Positions 21,511 to 30,733 of a stretch of DNA of 64,000 nt are shown here, in pieces (position 1 is the stretch's first letter; every line of letters begins with the position of its first letter). The notes under the pieces are model-generated. The model was not told where the DNA came from, did not search any database, and saw nothing but the letters and a program-made list of their open reading frames with translations. The position numbers were made by a program, and so were the translations under genes. The DNA comes from Gemmatales bacterium. GTDB lineage: Bacteria > Planctomycetota > Planctomycetia > Gemmatales > HRBIN36. Where the stretch lies: contig JBEPZY010000005.1 of assembly GCA_041640595.1 (NCBI GenBank), forward strand, positions 273,160 through 337,159, in the 5' to 3' direction.

Positions 21511-21651
21511 AGTTTTTTCCAAAATTTTGCTTGAAAAGAGGCCAGGCAATAACTACAAATCAAGCCAGGGGTAACACCAAATCCGGTGGAAGCGCGGGCG
21601 GCTTCTCCGGTCTTGTGCTTTTCGCGAGCCCAATGCAAAAGGAGAATCGCT

Positions 21652-21789
21652 ATGTTCGACCTGCTCGACAGACTGGTGCCACGCTGGGTGCAGGACAACT
21701 TCTGGATCTTCTTCTTCGTGGTCCTCGTCCTCTTAGTCGCCCTCATCGGGCTGCTTATCTATCTGCGTAAGCAACAGGAAGAAGAGTAA
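21652..21789 (+). CDS. Small single-TM protein (45 aa)
   Basis: AAGGAG RBS; MFDLLDRLVPRWVQDNFWIFFFVVLVLLVALIGLLIYLRKQQEEE. Confidence 0.75.
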   Translation: MFDLLDRLVPRWVQDNFWIFFFVVLVLLVALIGLLIYLRKQQEEE

Positions 21790-22130
21790 GCCCTCGTTGC
21801 GACCACGAGCAATTCGGCCAGGCGGAGCGAGGACGACCCGGACTCGCTCTGCCTGTCTTTTTTGTGCTCGCAAGCTGAGGTTGTGCCCGCAAGGAGAGAT
21901 TTGCCCGACCGCTGGCGGTTGAATGCTGATGCCCGCATCTGAACCTCGCCGCAGCTAAACGGGAAGGATGCACGCGCAATTGTGACGCAGGCCGCATCTG
22001 TTAGCAGTCCATTCTGAGCGGTCGTCAGCTTTTCGACTATGTCGGTCTTCTCAGTTCTGGCTGGCCCAGGAAATCGTGCTCTTGGACAGCGTCCTGCAGG
22101 ACCGCACGGCAACTGTTTGCGAGCGTCCTG

Positions 22131-23282
22131 CTATCGAAAAGCCGGTCGGCGTGTTTTCAATTGCTGCTTCATTTCGTCCCAGTCGGCCACGGTTGCTTGC
22201 ACATGCTTTCGTTGCCCGGCACGCCAGACCGTCAGACGCACGGTCGTGCCCGGCGGTGTATCGCTGATCAGGTTGATAAAATGATTGCCGTGTTCGATGA
22301 CCTGGCCATTGAGTTCCAGGATGATGTCGCCTGGTCGCAAACCAGCTTTCTCGGCTGGCGTTCCTGGCAGTATTGCTTCTACCAGAGCGCCATCGGTGCG
22401 TTCCAGACCGATGCGTAATGCCTCGGCAGGTTCGATGGCACTGGCTACCTGCACGCCCAATGCTCCTCGAATTATCCGCCCTTTCTCAAGCAATTCCAAG
22501 GCGATGCGGCGAAAGAAATTGCTGGGAATACTGAAGGCGATGCCGCTGCTCGAGCCGCTCGGCGAGGCGATCGCCGTGTTGATGCCGATCACTTCTGCGT
22601 TCAGATTCACCAGTGGCCCCCCACTCGAACCAGGATTTATGGAAGCATCGGTCTGGAGGAACTCTTTGATGCGGATTCCCTGGCCCAAACTCACCTGACC
22701 ACGATTGCGTGCGGAGATGATTCCGTGGGTTACCGTCTGGTTCAGCCCGAACGGACTGCCGATAGCCAGCACCCACATGCCAACCTCCATGCGGTCACTA
22801 TCGCCGAGGACTGCTACGGGTAAATCTTGCCGTTCGCCCAGCGAAAGCAACGCGACATCGGATTCGGCATCTCCCCAGACCCGCAACGGTCGCAACACAC
22901 GCCGATCTGCCAGGTGAACGACGATCCGCTCCGGTCCGGCATCGGCAATGACATGGTAATTGGTCAGCACGAATACATCCGGCCGACCCGGCAGGCGTGC
23001 CAGTACTCCCGAACCGGATTCGTCTTCGCTGCCACGTTCACCACCTGGTCGCTTCGCTTCGACATATACCACGCTGGGACACACTTTTCGTGCCACCAGT
23101 TGAAACCGTTCTGCAATGCTCACCAGATCGGTAACGGTCAGGCTCGCCCCTGCCGACGGTTGTCCAGTGCCGGGCGTCGGTGGGTCGGAAGATAATGGGT
23201 TCGCCCAGCTGAAGAGGAGCACACCGCTCATCACCCAGACTGCAGGGGAAATTCTCCAGGTTCGCGTGGCTCTGCTCAGCAT
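22131..23282 (-). CDS. HtrA/DegP-like trypsin serine protease with one PDZ domain
   Basis: LTNYHV, DVAL, QTDASINPGSSGGPL, PDZ (TPAEKAGLRPGDII). Confidence 0.92.
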   Translation of the reverse strand: MLSRATRTWRISPAVWVMSGVLLFSWANPLSSDPPTPGTGQPSAGASLTVTDLVSIAERFQLVARKVCPSVVYVEAKRPGGERGSEDESGSGVLARLPGRPDVFVLTNYHVIADAGPERIVVHLADRRVLRPLRVWGDAESDVALLSLGERQDLPVAVLGDSDRMEVGMWVLAIGSPFGLNQTVTHGIISARNRGQVSLGQGIRIKEFLQTDASINPGSSGGPLVNLNAEVIGINTAIASPSGSSSGIAFSIPSNFFRRIALELLEKGRIIRGALGVQVASAIEPAEALRIGLERTDGALVEAILPGTPAEKAGLRPGDIILELNGQVIEHGNHFINLISDTPPGTTVRLTVWRAGQRKHVQATVADWDEMKQQLKTRRPAFR

Positions 23283-23829
23283 GCTTCCACTCCGATGGGG
23301 TGTCAGGGTGGCCTTATCTGGTTCTGTCTGGCCATTTGGTCTTGAGGCTATCGCGTGTCGGGGTTCAGTCCAGGCTGCGTTTATTGTGCCGTTTTGAGGC
23401 TGGCTTTGCCGCTGGCATCATCGGAAGACCGAAGCGGTTGCAGGTTCTTTGTTCCATTCTGCGCTGCCATTTTCCCGCCGGGCTATTGCCGCGCGAAATG
23501 CAGCCATCTCGGGGGGTGGTTTCGCCTCGTCAAACTCGGTTTTGTCCGCCCAGTTTTTCCCATCGGGGACGTAATGATGGCCAGCTACGGGTCTGAGCTT
23601 GAATTCTTCTGCGAAGGCTGTTGAGACACTGCGGAACATCGTAGGAGCCAGAAACGGGTCGGATCATGCTCGTCGGCTTGCTGGGAACAATTCCCGGCCC
23701 ACCTCGGTTTGGTTACGAACTGCGGTAACGTGGACGAGATACTGGCTCATTGGCCTGTTCGCCCTTTCTCTTATAGCATGGTAAATACAAGGGGTGAACA
23801 CGCATACCAGCCAGTACAGGAGTCCAGCC

Positions 23830-25137
23830 ATGAGCCGAAACGCATCCATCCTGAGTCGCCGGCAATTCCTGGCAAGCGGTGCCGCTGCGATTAGCGTTCC
23901 ATTCTTTGTCCCAGCGCGGTCCCTGGGGCTGCAGGATAAGGTTGCACCCAGCGAACGGATCACGGTCGGGGTCATTGGCACGGGTGGTCGGGGCGTCGCT
24001 CTTATCAACATGTTCCTGAACGAAAAGGATGTGGAAATCCTGGCCGTTTGCGACGTGGATGCCCGCCAGCTGCAAAATGGTTTACAAGCCGTTCAGAAAC
24101 GCACGGGCAAGAAATGCGACGCTTATAAAGATTTTCGCCAGCTGTTAGAACGCAAAGACATAGATGCGGTGGTGGTAGCGACTCCGGATCACTGGCATGG
24201 GCTGATTAGCATTGCCGCTGCCCGTGCGGGCAAGGATATTTACTGCGAAAAACCGCTGGTCAATTCCGTGGTCGAAGGACGGGCTTTGTGCAAGGCGGTC
24301 TCAGAAAACAAACGCATTTTGCAGACCGGCAGCCACGAACGTTCGACGCCGAGTGTGCGGTTTGCCTGTGAACTGGTGCGCAACGGGTTGATCGGCAAGG
24401 TGCACACCGTGCGCATCCATCTGCCGTGCAGCGACGGCCATCATCAAAAGGCCCGTTCCCTGACCTCAATTCCCCCGGAAGAACCGGTGCCGGAGGGATT
24501 CGATTACGATTTCTGGCTGGGCCCAGCTCCGAAAGCCCCATATACGCCGTTACGCACACATTTCTGGTGGCGTTTCATTCTCGCCTACGGTGGTGGAGAA
24601 ATGACGGATCGCGGCGCTCATATCATTGACCTGGCCCAGCTGGGATTGGGAACGGATGATACCGGCCCGGTGGAGATCGAGGCTCGGGGCATGCAGAATA
24701 AAGGCAGCCTCTACGATGCGTTCTGGGATTACGAATTCACCAATGTTTACGCGAATGGCGTGCGGATGATCGGTTCGACAGCGACACCTCGCGGTTTGAA
24801 ATTCGAGGGAACCGATGGGTGGATTTTTATCCACATTCACGGCGGCAAACTGGAAGCCGAGCCTGCTTCTCTGCTGAAGACCGACGCCTCCAAACTGAAA
24901 ATTTCCCTGGGTCGCAGTCCTGGCCACGTGCGTAACTTCCTCGATGCGGTCAAATCCCGCAAAGAGCCGGTTGCCCCTGCCGAAGTCGGCCATCGCACCG
25001 CCACTATCTGTCATCTCAATAACATCGCTATGCGTTTGGGCAGAAAATTGAAATGGGACCCGGTTTTAGAGCAAACGAACGATGCTGAGGCTAACAAGTA
25101 TTTACATCCGCATCTTCGCGCTCCCTGGAAGCTCTAA
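23830..25137 (+). CDS. Tat-exported Gfo/Idh/MocA family oxidoreductase
   Basis: SRRQFL, GVIGTGGRG, ATPDHWH, YCEKP; AGGAG RBS. Confidence 0.9.
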   Translation: MSRNASILSRRQFLASGAAAISVPFFVPARSLGLQDKVAPSERITVGVIGTGGRGVALINMFLNEKDVEILAVCDVDARQLQNGLQAVQKRTGKKCDAYKDFRQLLERKDIDAVVVATPDHWHGLISIAAARAGKDIYCEKPLVNSVVEGRALCKAVSENKRILQTGSHERSTPSVRFACELVRNGLIGKVHTVRIHLPCSDGHHQKARSLTSIPPEEPVPEGFDYDFWLGPAPKAPYTPLRTHFWWRFILAYGGGEMTDRGAHIIDLAQLGLGTDDTGPVEIEARGMQNKGSLYDAFWDYEFTNVYANGVRMIGSTATPRGLKFEGTDGWIFIHIHGGKLEAEPASLLKTDASKLKISLGRSPGHVRNFLDAVKSRKEPVAPAEVGHRTATICHLNNIAMRLGRKLKWDPVLEQTNDAEANKYLHPHLRAPWKL

Positions 25138-26089
25138 GCTTCCGCCAGCCCAGCAATGCCGGTGCTGCGAAACCTAGTGCTGCAAATGTGCCGTGCCACT
25201 TTCGCATTTGCGGGATGTCCAGTGTGTGCACTGTAGCATGGAAGCGCACTCCATATAAGGCGGCAAGTACCATAGCGGGTGCAAGAGCAAGACCGGCGAA
25301 GCCTAACAAAGCAGCTGCCCACCGTTCTTGCCGATGACGATAAGCCGCCAGCAAGTGCCCCATCGCCATCAATAAGCCGACCAGGCTCAGAAACACAGCC
25401 GCTATACTCTCCAGCCAGGCATGACCAAGCAAGTGTGTGGTGGTTATTCCAGCCGCGACTAAAGGCACGCCTGTGAGCGTCCCGATCGCTGAAAACTTCG
25501 TCCATAAGGCGGGCTTATCGCTGACCATCAGACCTGCGATAGTTGGCAACAGATATCCCGCGTAATGGAAGTGGATAGCTGTCAGCAGAACAATGTCTGC
25601 CTCGAAATCCATTGGCCGATAACCGATGCGGTCGCATAACATCCACACGCCGCCAATGACGCTAAAACTGGCCCCGATCGCCAGGCACCAGTTCAACCAG
25701 GTGCGGCAACCAGGATTCGCCAGGGTTCCTAAGCTGAAGGAAGCTAACAATACCAGCTCCAGGCACCACGGTATTGCGGTCACCAAGGCCCAGATCCCTG
25801 AAGCAAAACACTTATAGGCAACTACGAGACTAAGCGCGGCCGGCAACTGCAATCCATGCAAGCCTCGCCATAGCCAGCCATGCCAGCCGTAAGCAAGAGG
25901 CACGAACCAGCGGAAACTTAGTGGCACGAGCAAGAGCGTTGCTAATAGAAGTAACATTTCTCCCCATTGTCGGCCGGTCGGTTCGGGCAATCGCATAATC
26001 AGTACGGCCAGCCAGACTAATACACCCGCTATAATCCGTACAACCTGGCCGCTTTCGCTGGTACAGTAATTCAAGTAGCGAACGAACAT
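25091..26089 (-). CDS. YndJ-like membrane protein
   Basis: Multi-TM; IVLLTAIHFHYAG and IPQMRKWHG motifs typical of YndJ. Start uncertain. Confidence 0.75.
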   Translation of the reverse strand: MFVRYLNYCTSESGQVVRIIAGVLVWLAVLIMRLPEPTGRQWGEMLLLLATLLLVPLSFRWFVPLAYGWHGWLWRGLHGLQLPAALSLVVAYKCFASGIWALVTAIPWCLELVLLASFSLGTLANPGCRTWLNWCLAIGASFSVIGGVWMLCDRIGYRPMDFEADIVLLTAIHFHYAGYLLPTIAGLMVSDKPALWTKFSAIGTLTGVPLVAAGITTTHLLGHAWLESIAAVFLSLVGLLMAMGHLLAAYRHRQERWAAALLGFAGLALAPAMVLAALYGVRFHATVHTLDIPQMRKWHGTFAALGFAAPALLGWRKLRASREREDADVNTC

Positions 26090-26190
26090 AGCAGTATCTC
26101 GCGGCAAAGTTTAGATGGCGACGGCTTGAATTTGACATTCCCAGAGCCAAAATATATTCAACCCGATTGCAGAATCCAGGGAGCGGTCTC

Positions 26191-28851
26191 ATGCGCTGGC
26201 GATATGGTGTAAGCGGTTGGCTGAGTGCAGCCGTCGGCTTATTTGCATGCATTAGTGCGATCTTTACTCAGACCCAGACACCGTCTCCATCGGTTCAGAT
26301 AATTCTGCGTCCTCAGGCGAACCACGAAGAGACGATTAAGCAGCTGCGCGTCCTGGGTTTGCGGGGTGAAATGCAAATGGCTCCCCGTGTTTGGTTCGGA
26401 TACCTTCCGCAGGAAAACATAGGGCGTGCTGGACAGTTGCCGGGTGTTTATATGGTTACATTGCAGTCAAGCGCGCCCAATCGGACAAGCCCCGACCATT
26501 ATCATGTACGCTTCCGCGTCAAACTGGATGCTGACTCACGGGCACCTACGCAGCGGTGGATTCAATACCAGGAGCTAATCAAACATCTTCAGCAGGTCGG
26601 GTTTGAGCAAGAGCCGCTGAAAGCGGAAGAATGGCGTTATAACGATATTCTCCGTGGCAAACTGCCAGCTAAAGCCGTTCCCACCTTGCTTAACATTAGT
26701 CATGTTCGCACGATAGTATTGATACCATCTGGCTGGGGTGCCACCCTTGAAAGTACCGAGCCGGTACTGGTAGAAATCTGGCTGACAAACGGCTTCGATT
26801 ATGACCGTCAGCAAAGAATACGCCGACTGGCCCGGGAGAGATTGGATAAACTCGGGTTTGTGCAAGCGATCGCTCATGATAGTGAGTTCGGCATGCGATT
26901 GTTCGGGTGGCTGCCAGCTAATCGGGTTTTTGCTTTATTAGAGCCAGCTCATGAGCTGGAAGAGCCAAATTATGCAGAATTGCCTTTGCTGCGTGCCCCA
27001 AACTATATTTCGCTTTTCCACTTAGCCGAGGTGTTGACTCAGCCGGGGAAACTTCAGCCTCCAAAAGTTAGTCAGCCTACACCTGGATGGCCAGAAAAGG
27101 TAACGCCGGAACTTAAACTTAGTCCCGAAATCCTGTCTCTAATTGGCCAGGCTGGAGGGAACAAAAAGCTTCATCGGGTCGAACTAATTTTCCGCGATAT
27201 TAGTAACGCATACGAACTTTTCGGTCGTGTACGATCGCTGGTTGAGTCGGCAGAATTAGAAGGCAGTTTAGGGCCTATACTCTGGGTTCGCCTGCCAGTG
27301 GGTGATATACCGAAACTGGCGGAATTACCCGAAATCTCCAGCATACGCCTGCCCCAACCGCCTTTAGATATTGGGCAGGGAACTCAAGGTCAGCGCCGCT
27401 TGCACTATGTCAGGCTGGGTGAGTTTCGCCCTATTCACAACTCACCTGCACCTTTGTTACGTTATCGGGAGCCTTTGCGCGTTGCCATTCTGGGTACCGA
27501 TTTCCGCGGCTGGGAAAATCGTCGAGGGCGAACATTGCCGGCGGAGACTTACCTGGTGGACTATACACGCTGGTTCTCGCCAGATTTAGAACCAGCTCCT
27601 GCTCCTTTAGTCTCAGATGCAGGACTAGCGATCGCTGAGGAGATCTCGAGGATTGCCTCTGTGCAGGAGCTTTATTTAGTGCGTATCCGCGAGACTGCTC
27701 CCTATCAAGTGGCGGAGGTGTTGCGACGTATAGATGGTGTACCCGAGATGCCGGTTCTTATACGACAGCGTCTGGCGGACATATCATTACAGGCCAGTGT
27801 ACTCGCTGAGGAAGAACGCAAACTACGCCTGAGCAAACAGCGACTATTGTTTGATTTGCGCTTAGACGATCCTGCATACTGGAAAAAACGCGACGAGTTT
27901 TTACAGATGGAGAAGCATTGGCAGGCCCGGAAAAGACGGCATAGCGAGTTAGTCTATCGTGTCAGCGAGTTTCTTGACCTGGAACGCCGGTTGATGAGGG
28001 CTAATACTGTGGTAGTTGTTCCCTGGTGGCGTGACGGCTATCCCACTTCGCCGGATGTGCGGCCCGGGTTGCGATGGTTGCCCGAACTTAGGTCTAAGCA
28101 TGTCTCCTATATCCAGGTGGTGCCCGAACAGAGCGAGGGCGAATGGTGGGGCTGGTGGCGCGATCGAAATAACAACGGTGTTATGGAATTTCGGAACCTG
28201 GACCTGCCTCGCTATGTTGAGCTCAGGCCGGAGGACTGGCCCTACCGGCGTGCCAATGTCTGGCCGCGGAACGTATCGGCGGAACTGAACTGGCTAGGTT
28301 GGCAAGCTTGGCCTGAACAAGGCAAGGGCGCAACGATGCCCGCGCGGGTCGCTTCCGCAGGTTTGCCACCCCAGGCGACGATTCAGCTCGTCGTGCAGTG
28401 GCGGGAGGCTCACGATCCCCGCTGGGCCAACGCTGAGGAAGACTTTTACAGAAAACCGCTGACCCCGATGGTAGTGGAGGTATTGCAGCCACTCGTCGGC
28501 AGTGATGCTGCGTTACCCCAGGACCTGTACACCATCGTGGCCCGGTCAGAGGGATTGCCGGAGCGCGTGGAGAACCACTCGCGCTATGCGATCTACGAAC
28601 TGCGACTGCAATTCCGCACAGGTAAGATGCCGGAACGATATGCGGTGCGTTTGCGAGGCAATCCGCCGACCAGTACGGCCCCACCGGGAATCAGCCAGCA
28701 GCGAGCGGAAGGTCAGGAAATCTGGTTGCGTCTGTCAGCGGAAGTTGTGGAACAGCCCTTACGGCAACAGGGAAGAGTGGTCTGGCTGACGCCGGGCGAA
28801 ACGTTTACGCTCACCGAGCCATCTCCGGCCACTAAGCCAGGCGAGCAATAG
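26191..28851 (+). CDS. Large secreted hypothetical protein with degenerate subtilisin(S8)-like region
   Basis: 886-aa ORF with signal-like N-terminus; RVAILGTDFRGW...LP, WWGWWRDRNNNGVMEF. Confidence 0.65.
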   Translation: MRWRYGVSGWLSAAVGLFACISAIFTQTQTPSPSVQIILRPQANHEETIKQLRVLGLRGEMQMAPRVWFGYLPQENIGRAGQLPGVYMVTLQSSAPNRTSPDHYHVRFRVKLDADSRAPTQRWIQYQELIKHLQQVGFEQEPLKAEEWRYNDILRGKLPAKAVPTLLNISHVRTIVLIPSGWGATLESTEPVLVEIWLTNGFDYDRQQRIRRLARERLDKLGFVQAIAHDSEFGMRLFGWLPANRVFALLEPAHELEEPNYAELPLLRAPNYISLFHLAEVLTQPGKLQPPKVSQPTPGWPEKVTPELKLSPEILSLIGQAGGNKKLHRVELIFRDISNAYELFGRVRSLVESAELEGSLGPILWVRLPVGDIPKLAELPEISSIRLPQPPLDIGQGTQGQRRLHYVRLGEFRPIHNSPAPLLRYREPLRVAILGTDFRGWENRRGRTLPAETYLVDYTRWFSPDLEPAPAPLVSDAGLAIAEEISRIASVQELYLVRIRETAPYQVAEVLRRIDGVPEMPVLIRQRLADISLQASVLAEEERKLRLSKQRLLFDLRLDDPAYWKKRDEFLQMEKHWQARKRRHSELVYRVSEFLDLERRLMRANTVVVVPWWRDGYPTSPDVRPGLRWLPELRSKHVSYIQVVPEQSEGEWWGWWRDRNNNGVMEFRNLDLPRYVELRPEDWPYRRANVWPRNVSAELNWLGWQAWPEQGKGATMPARVASAGLPPQATIQLVVQWREAHDPRWANAEEDFYRKPLTPMVVEVLQPLVGSDAALPQDLYTIVARSEGLPERVENHSRYAIYELRLQFRTGKMPERYAVRLRGNPPTSTAPPGISQQRAEGQEIWLRLSAEVVEQPLRQQGRVVWLTPGETFTLTEPSPATKPGEQ

Positions 28852-28979
28852 CGCCAGGTGGTTTTCCCTGTCCAAGGGTGGACAGTGCCGACACCATCGC
28901 TATATTAGCGACACAGAACGTGGCTCGGTAATACAGGCGGTCAACAACCGCGGTAACCGCAAAACACAGGAGGCTCGCT

Positions 28980-29600
28980 ATGCCGTATCCCTTTACCTTG
29001 CCGCCTTTGCCATATCCCTACGATGCCCTGCAGCCGTACATCAGCAAGGAGACGATGGAATACCATCACGATAAGCACCACCAGGCTTACGTGGATAACC
29101 TGAACGCTGCCTTGAAGGATTACCCCGACCTGCACAAGCTGGAGATAGACGAGCTCCTGCGGCAGATCAGCAAGGTGCCGGAAGCGATTCGCCAGGCGGT
29201 GATCAACAATGGTGGTGGGCATTACAACCACACCATGTTCTGGGAAATCATGAAGCCCGGCGGAAGCAAAGAGCCGAAAGGTGCTCTGGCAGATGCCATC
29301 AAGGCTCTGGGCGGTCTGGAGCAGGTCAAGCAGATGGTCAATGATGCGGGCTTGAAGCGGTTCGGAAGTGGCTGGGCCTGGCTGGTTGTGGATGGTGGAC
29401 ATCTCAAGGTGATCAGCACGCCCAATCAGGATTGCCCGCTGATGAACAACCAGTATCCCGTGCTGGGTGTAGATGTGTGGGAACACGCTTATTACATTGA
29501 CTACCGCAATCGTCGCGGCGACTATCTGAAGGCCTGGTGGAACGTGGTCAACTGGGACGAGGTTGCCAAGCGCTTCGACGCTGCCACTCGCGGCAAGTAG
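28980..29600 (+). CDS. sodA: Fe/Mn superoxide dismutase (probably Mn type)
   Basis: LPYPYDALQP, HHDKHH, NNGGGHYNH, FGSGWAWL, NQD, DVWEHAYY. Confidence 0.96.
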   Translation: MPYPFTLPPLPYPYDALQPYISKETMEYHHDKHHQAYVDNLNAALKDYPDLHKLEIDELLRQISKVPEAIRQAVINNGGGHYNHTMFWEIMKPGGSKEPKGALADAIKALGGLEQVKQMVNDAGLKRFGSGWAWLVVDGGHLKVISTPNQDCPLMNNQYPVLGVDVWEHAYYIDYRNRRGDYLKAWWNVVNWDEVAKRFDAATRGK

Positions 29601-29763
29601 GCCGTTGAAACTGATTGCTCGTGGCGTCTCCTGGCGGTTGGCTGGTGAAGACGCCGATCCCCGACGAGCTTCAGGACAGTGAACATGTCTTCACCAGGAC
29701 GGCGAGTCGCAGGTGGCATGGGCAAGCAAAAGCCGTCTGGAAGCTCGGACAGTTAGATTGAAT

Positions 29764-29797
29764 AAAAGCAAACAGGGCGGGGAATAACCCCGCCCTG
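29764..29797 (-). terminator. Intrinsic terminator downstream of the porin remnant
   Basis: Minus strand CAGGGCGGGG-TTATT-CCCCGCCCTG-TTTGCTTTT. Confidence 0.75.
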
Positions 29798-29822
29798 CCT
29801 GGCGAATGACCAGCGCGAGGAA

Positions 29823-30473
29823 TCAGAACTCCCAGATAATGTCAAAGGCGGCTGTTTGCTGGGATTTCTCCTGAAGGTCGTTGAACGGCCTGGTTTTGTC
29901 GCTCCAATCAAAGCGGATTTCTGGGCGGATTCGCAAGTTTTTATACGGTTTGTAGGTCAGCCCCAGGGTAATCTCGTGAAAGCGGTCGGCAAAGCCAGTA
30001 CGGACGCCGTCTTCGTCGTTGTAGATTTCTGCGCGGAAGCCCAGAATCAGTCGAGGATCGATGGTGTAAAAGAGGTACACGGCACCTTCTTGCCAACGGG
30101 CCGTGCCACCACCGGGAGCCGCATGGGATTCCCAGGCTGTGCCGAAATTCAGCCCGACTTTCCACTGATCGTAGGTGCCGAATTTGCGAATCAAATCGTA
30201 GGTGATATAGGTTCGAAGATCGTGGTTATTGTTGGGCAGCTCCGGACCAACCATCCAGCTAATGTAAGCGGTGGTTCGCTGGTCGCAAGAAGTATATTTC
30301 AGCGAACCATGCCAGGAGGGGCTGTCATTGTTATCTTCGAACACCACATCCCAGCCCCGCACGATGCCGTTCATCAACTGCAAGGTGTCGCCAAGATACA
30401 CGGTGAAGGTAATTCCTGTATGGGTGAACGGCCCAAAGAAGAAACCATAGGCGCGGGAGTAGAAGTCCGTCAA
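29823..30473 (-). pseudogene. C-terminal part of an outer-membrane beta-barrel porin (BBP2/DUF1597-like); N-terminus and signal peptide missing
   Basis: DFYSRAYGFFFGPFTHTG, GWD, TLGLTYKP, IRPEIRFD, terminal aromatic WEF. No signal peptide or N-terminal strands in frame. Confidence 0.65.
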
Positions 30474-30630
30474 AGCTGCTGCTTGCATGCTATGCAATAT
30501 CGCCCGTATCTTGGGCGTTCTCATTCGCTTGCCGAGGACGTTTGGTGGCCCCCACCCGAGCTAGCACTTCAACGTAACGTCCAAAATGAAACAGACTTGT
30601 GAATGGAAGGGGATGTGTTATTTCCTTTGG

Positions 30631-30646
30631 CGGCACAAAGGTAGCG
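30631..30646 (+). promoter_or_regulatory. Candidate sigma54 (-24/-12) promoter for amtB-glnK
   Basis: CGGCACAAAGGTAGCG: GG-N10-GC, close to the TGGCAC-N5-TTGC consensus, about 90 bp upstream of amtB. Confidence 0.5.
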
Positions 30647-30733
30647 AATTTCGTCGCCAAAAGAGTGAAAAGGCGAACAACGGGTACAAGTGAAAACCGA
30701 ACCGGCTCGTGCTGGGCCCAAGTCGAGGAGGTG

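Noticed and set aside
26132..26160. Perfect TTGACA -35 box upstream of the 886-aa gene
   Set aside because: Best -10 match (TATATT) is at 15-bp spacing and the 17-bp position is weak, so it was not called.
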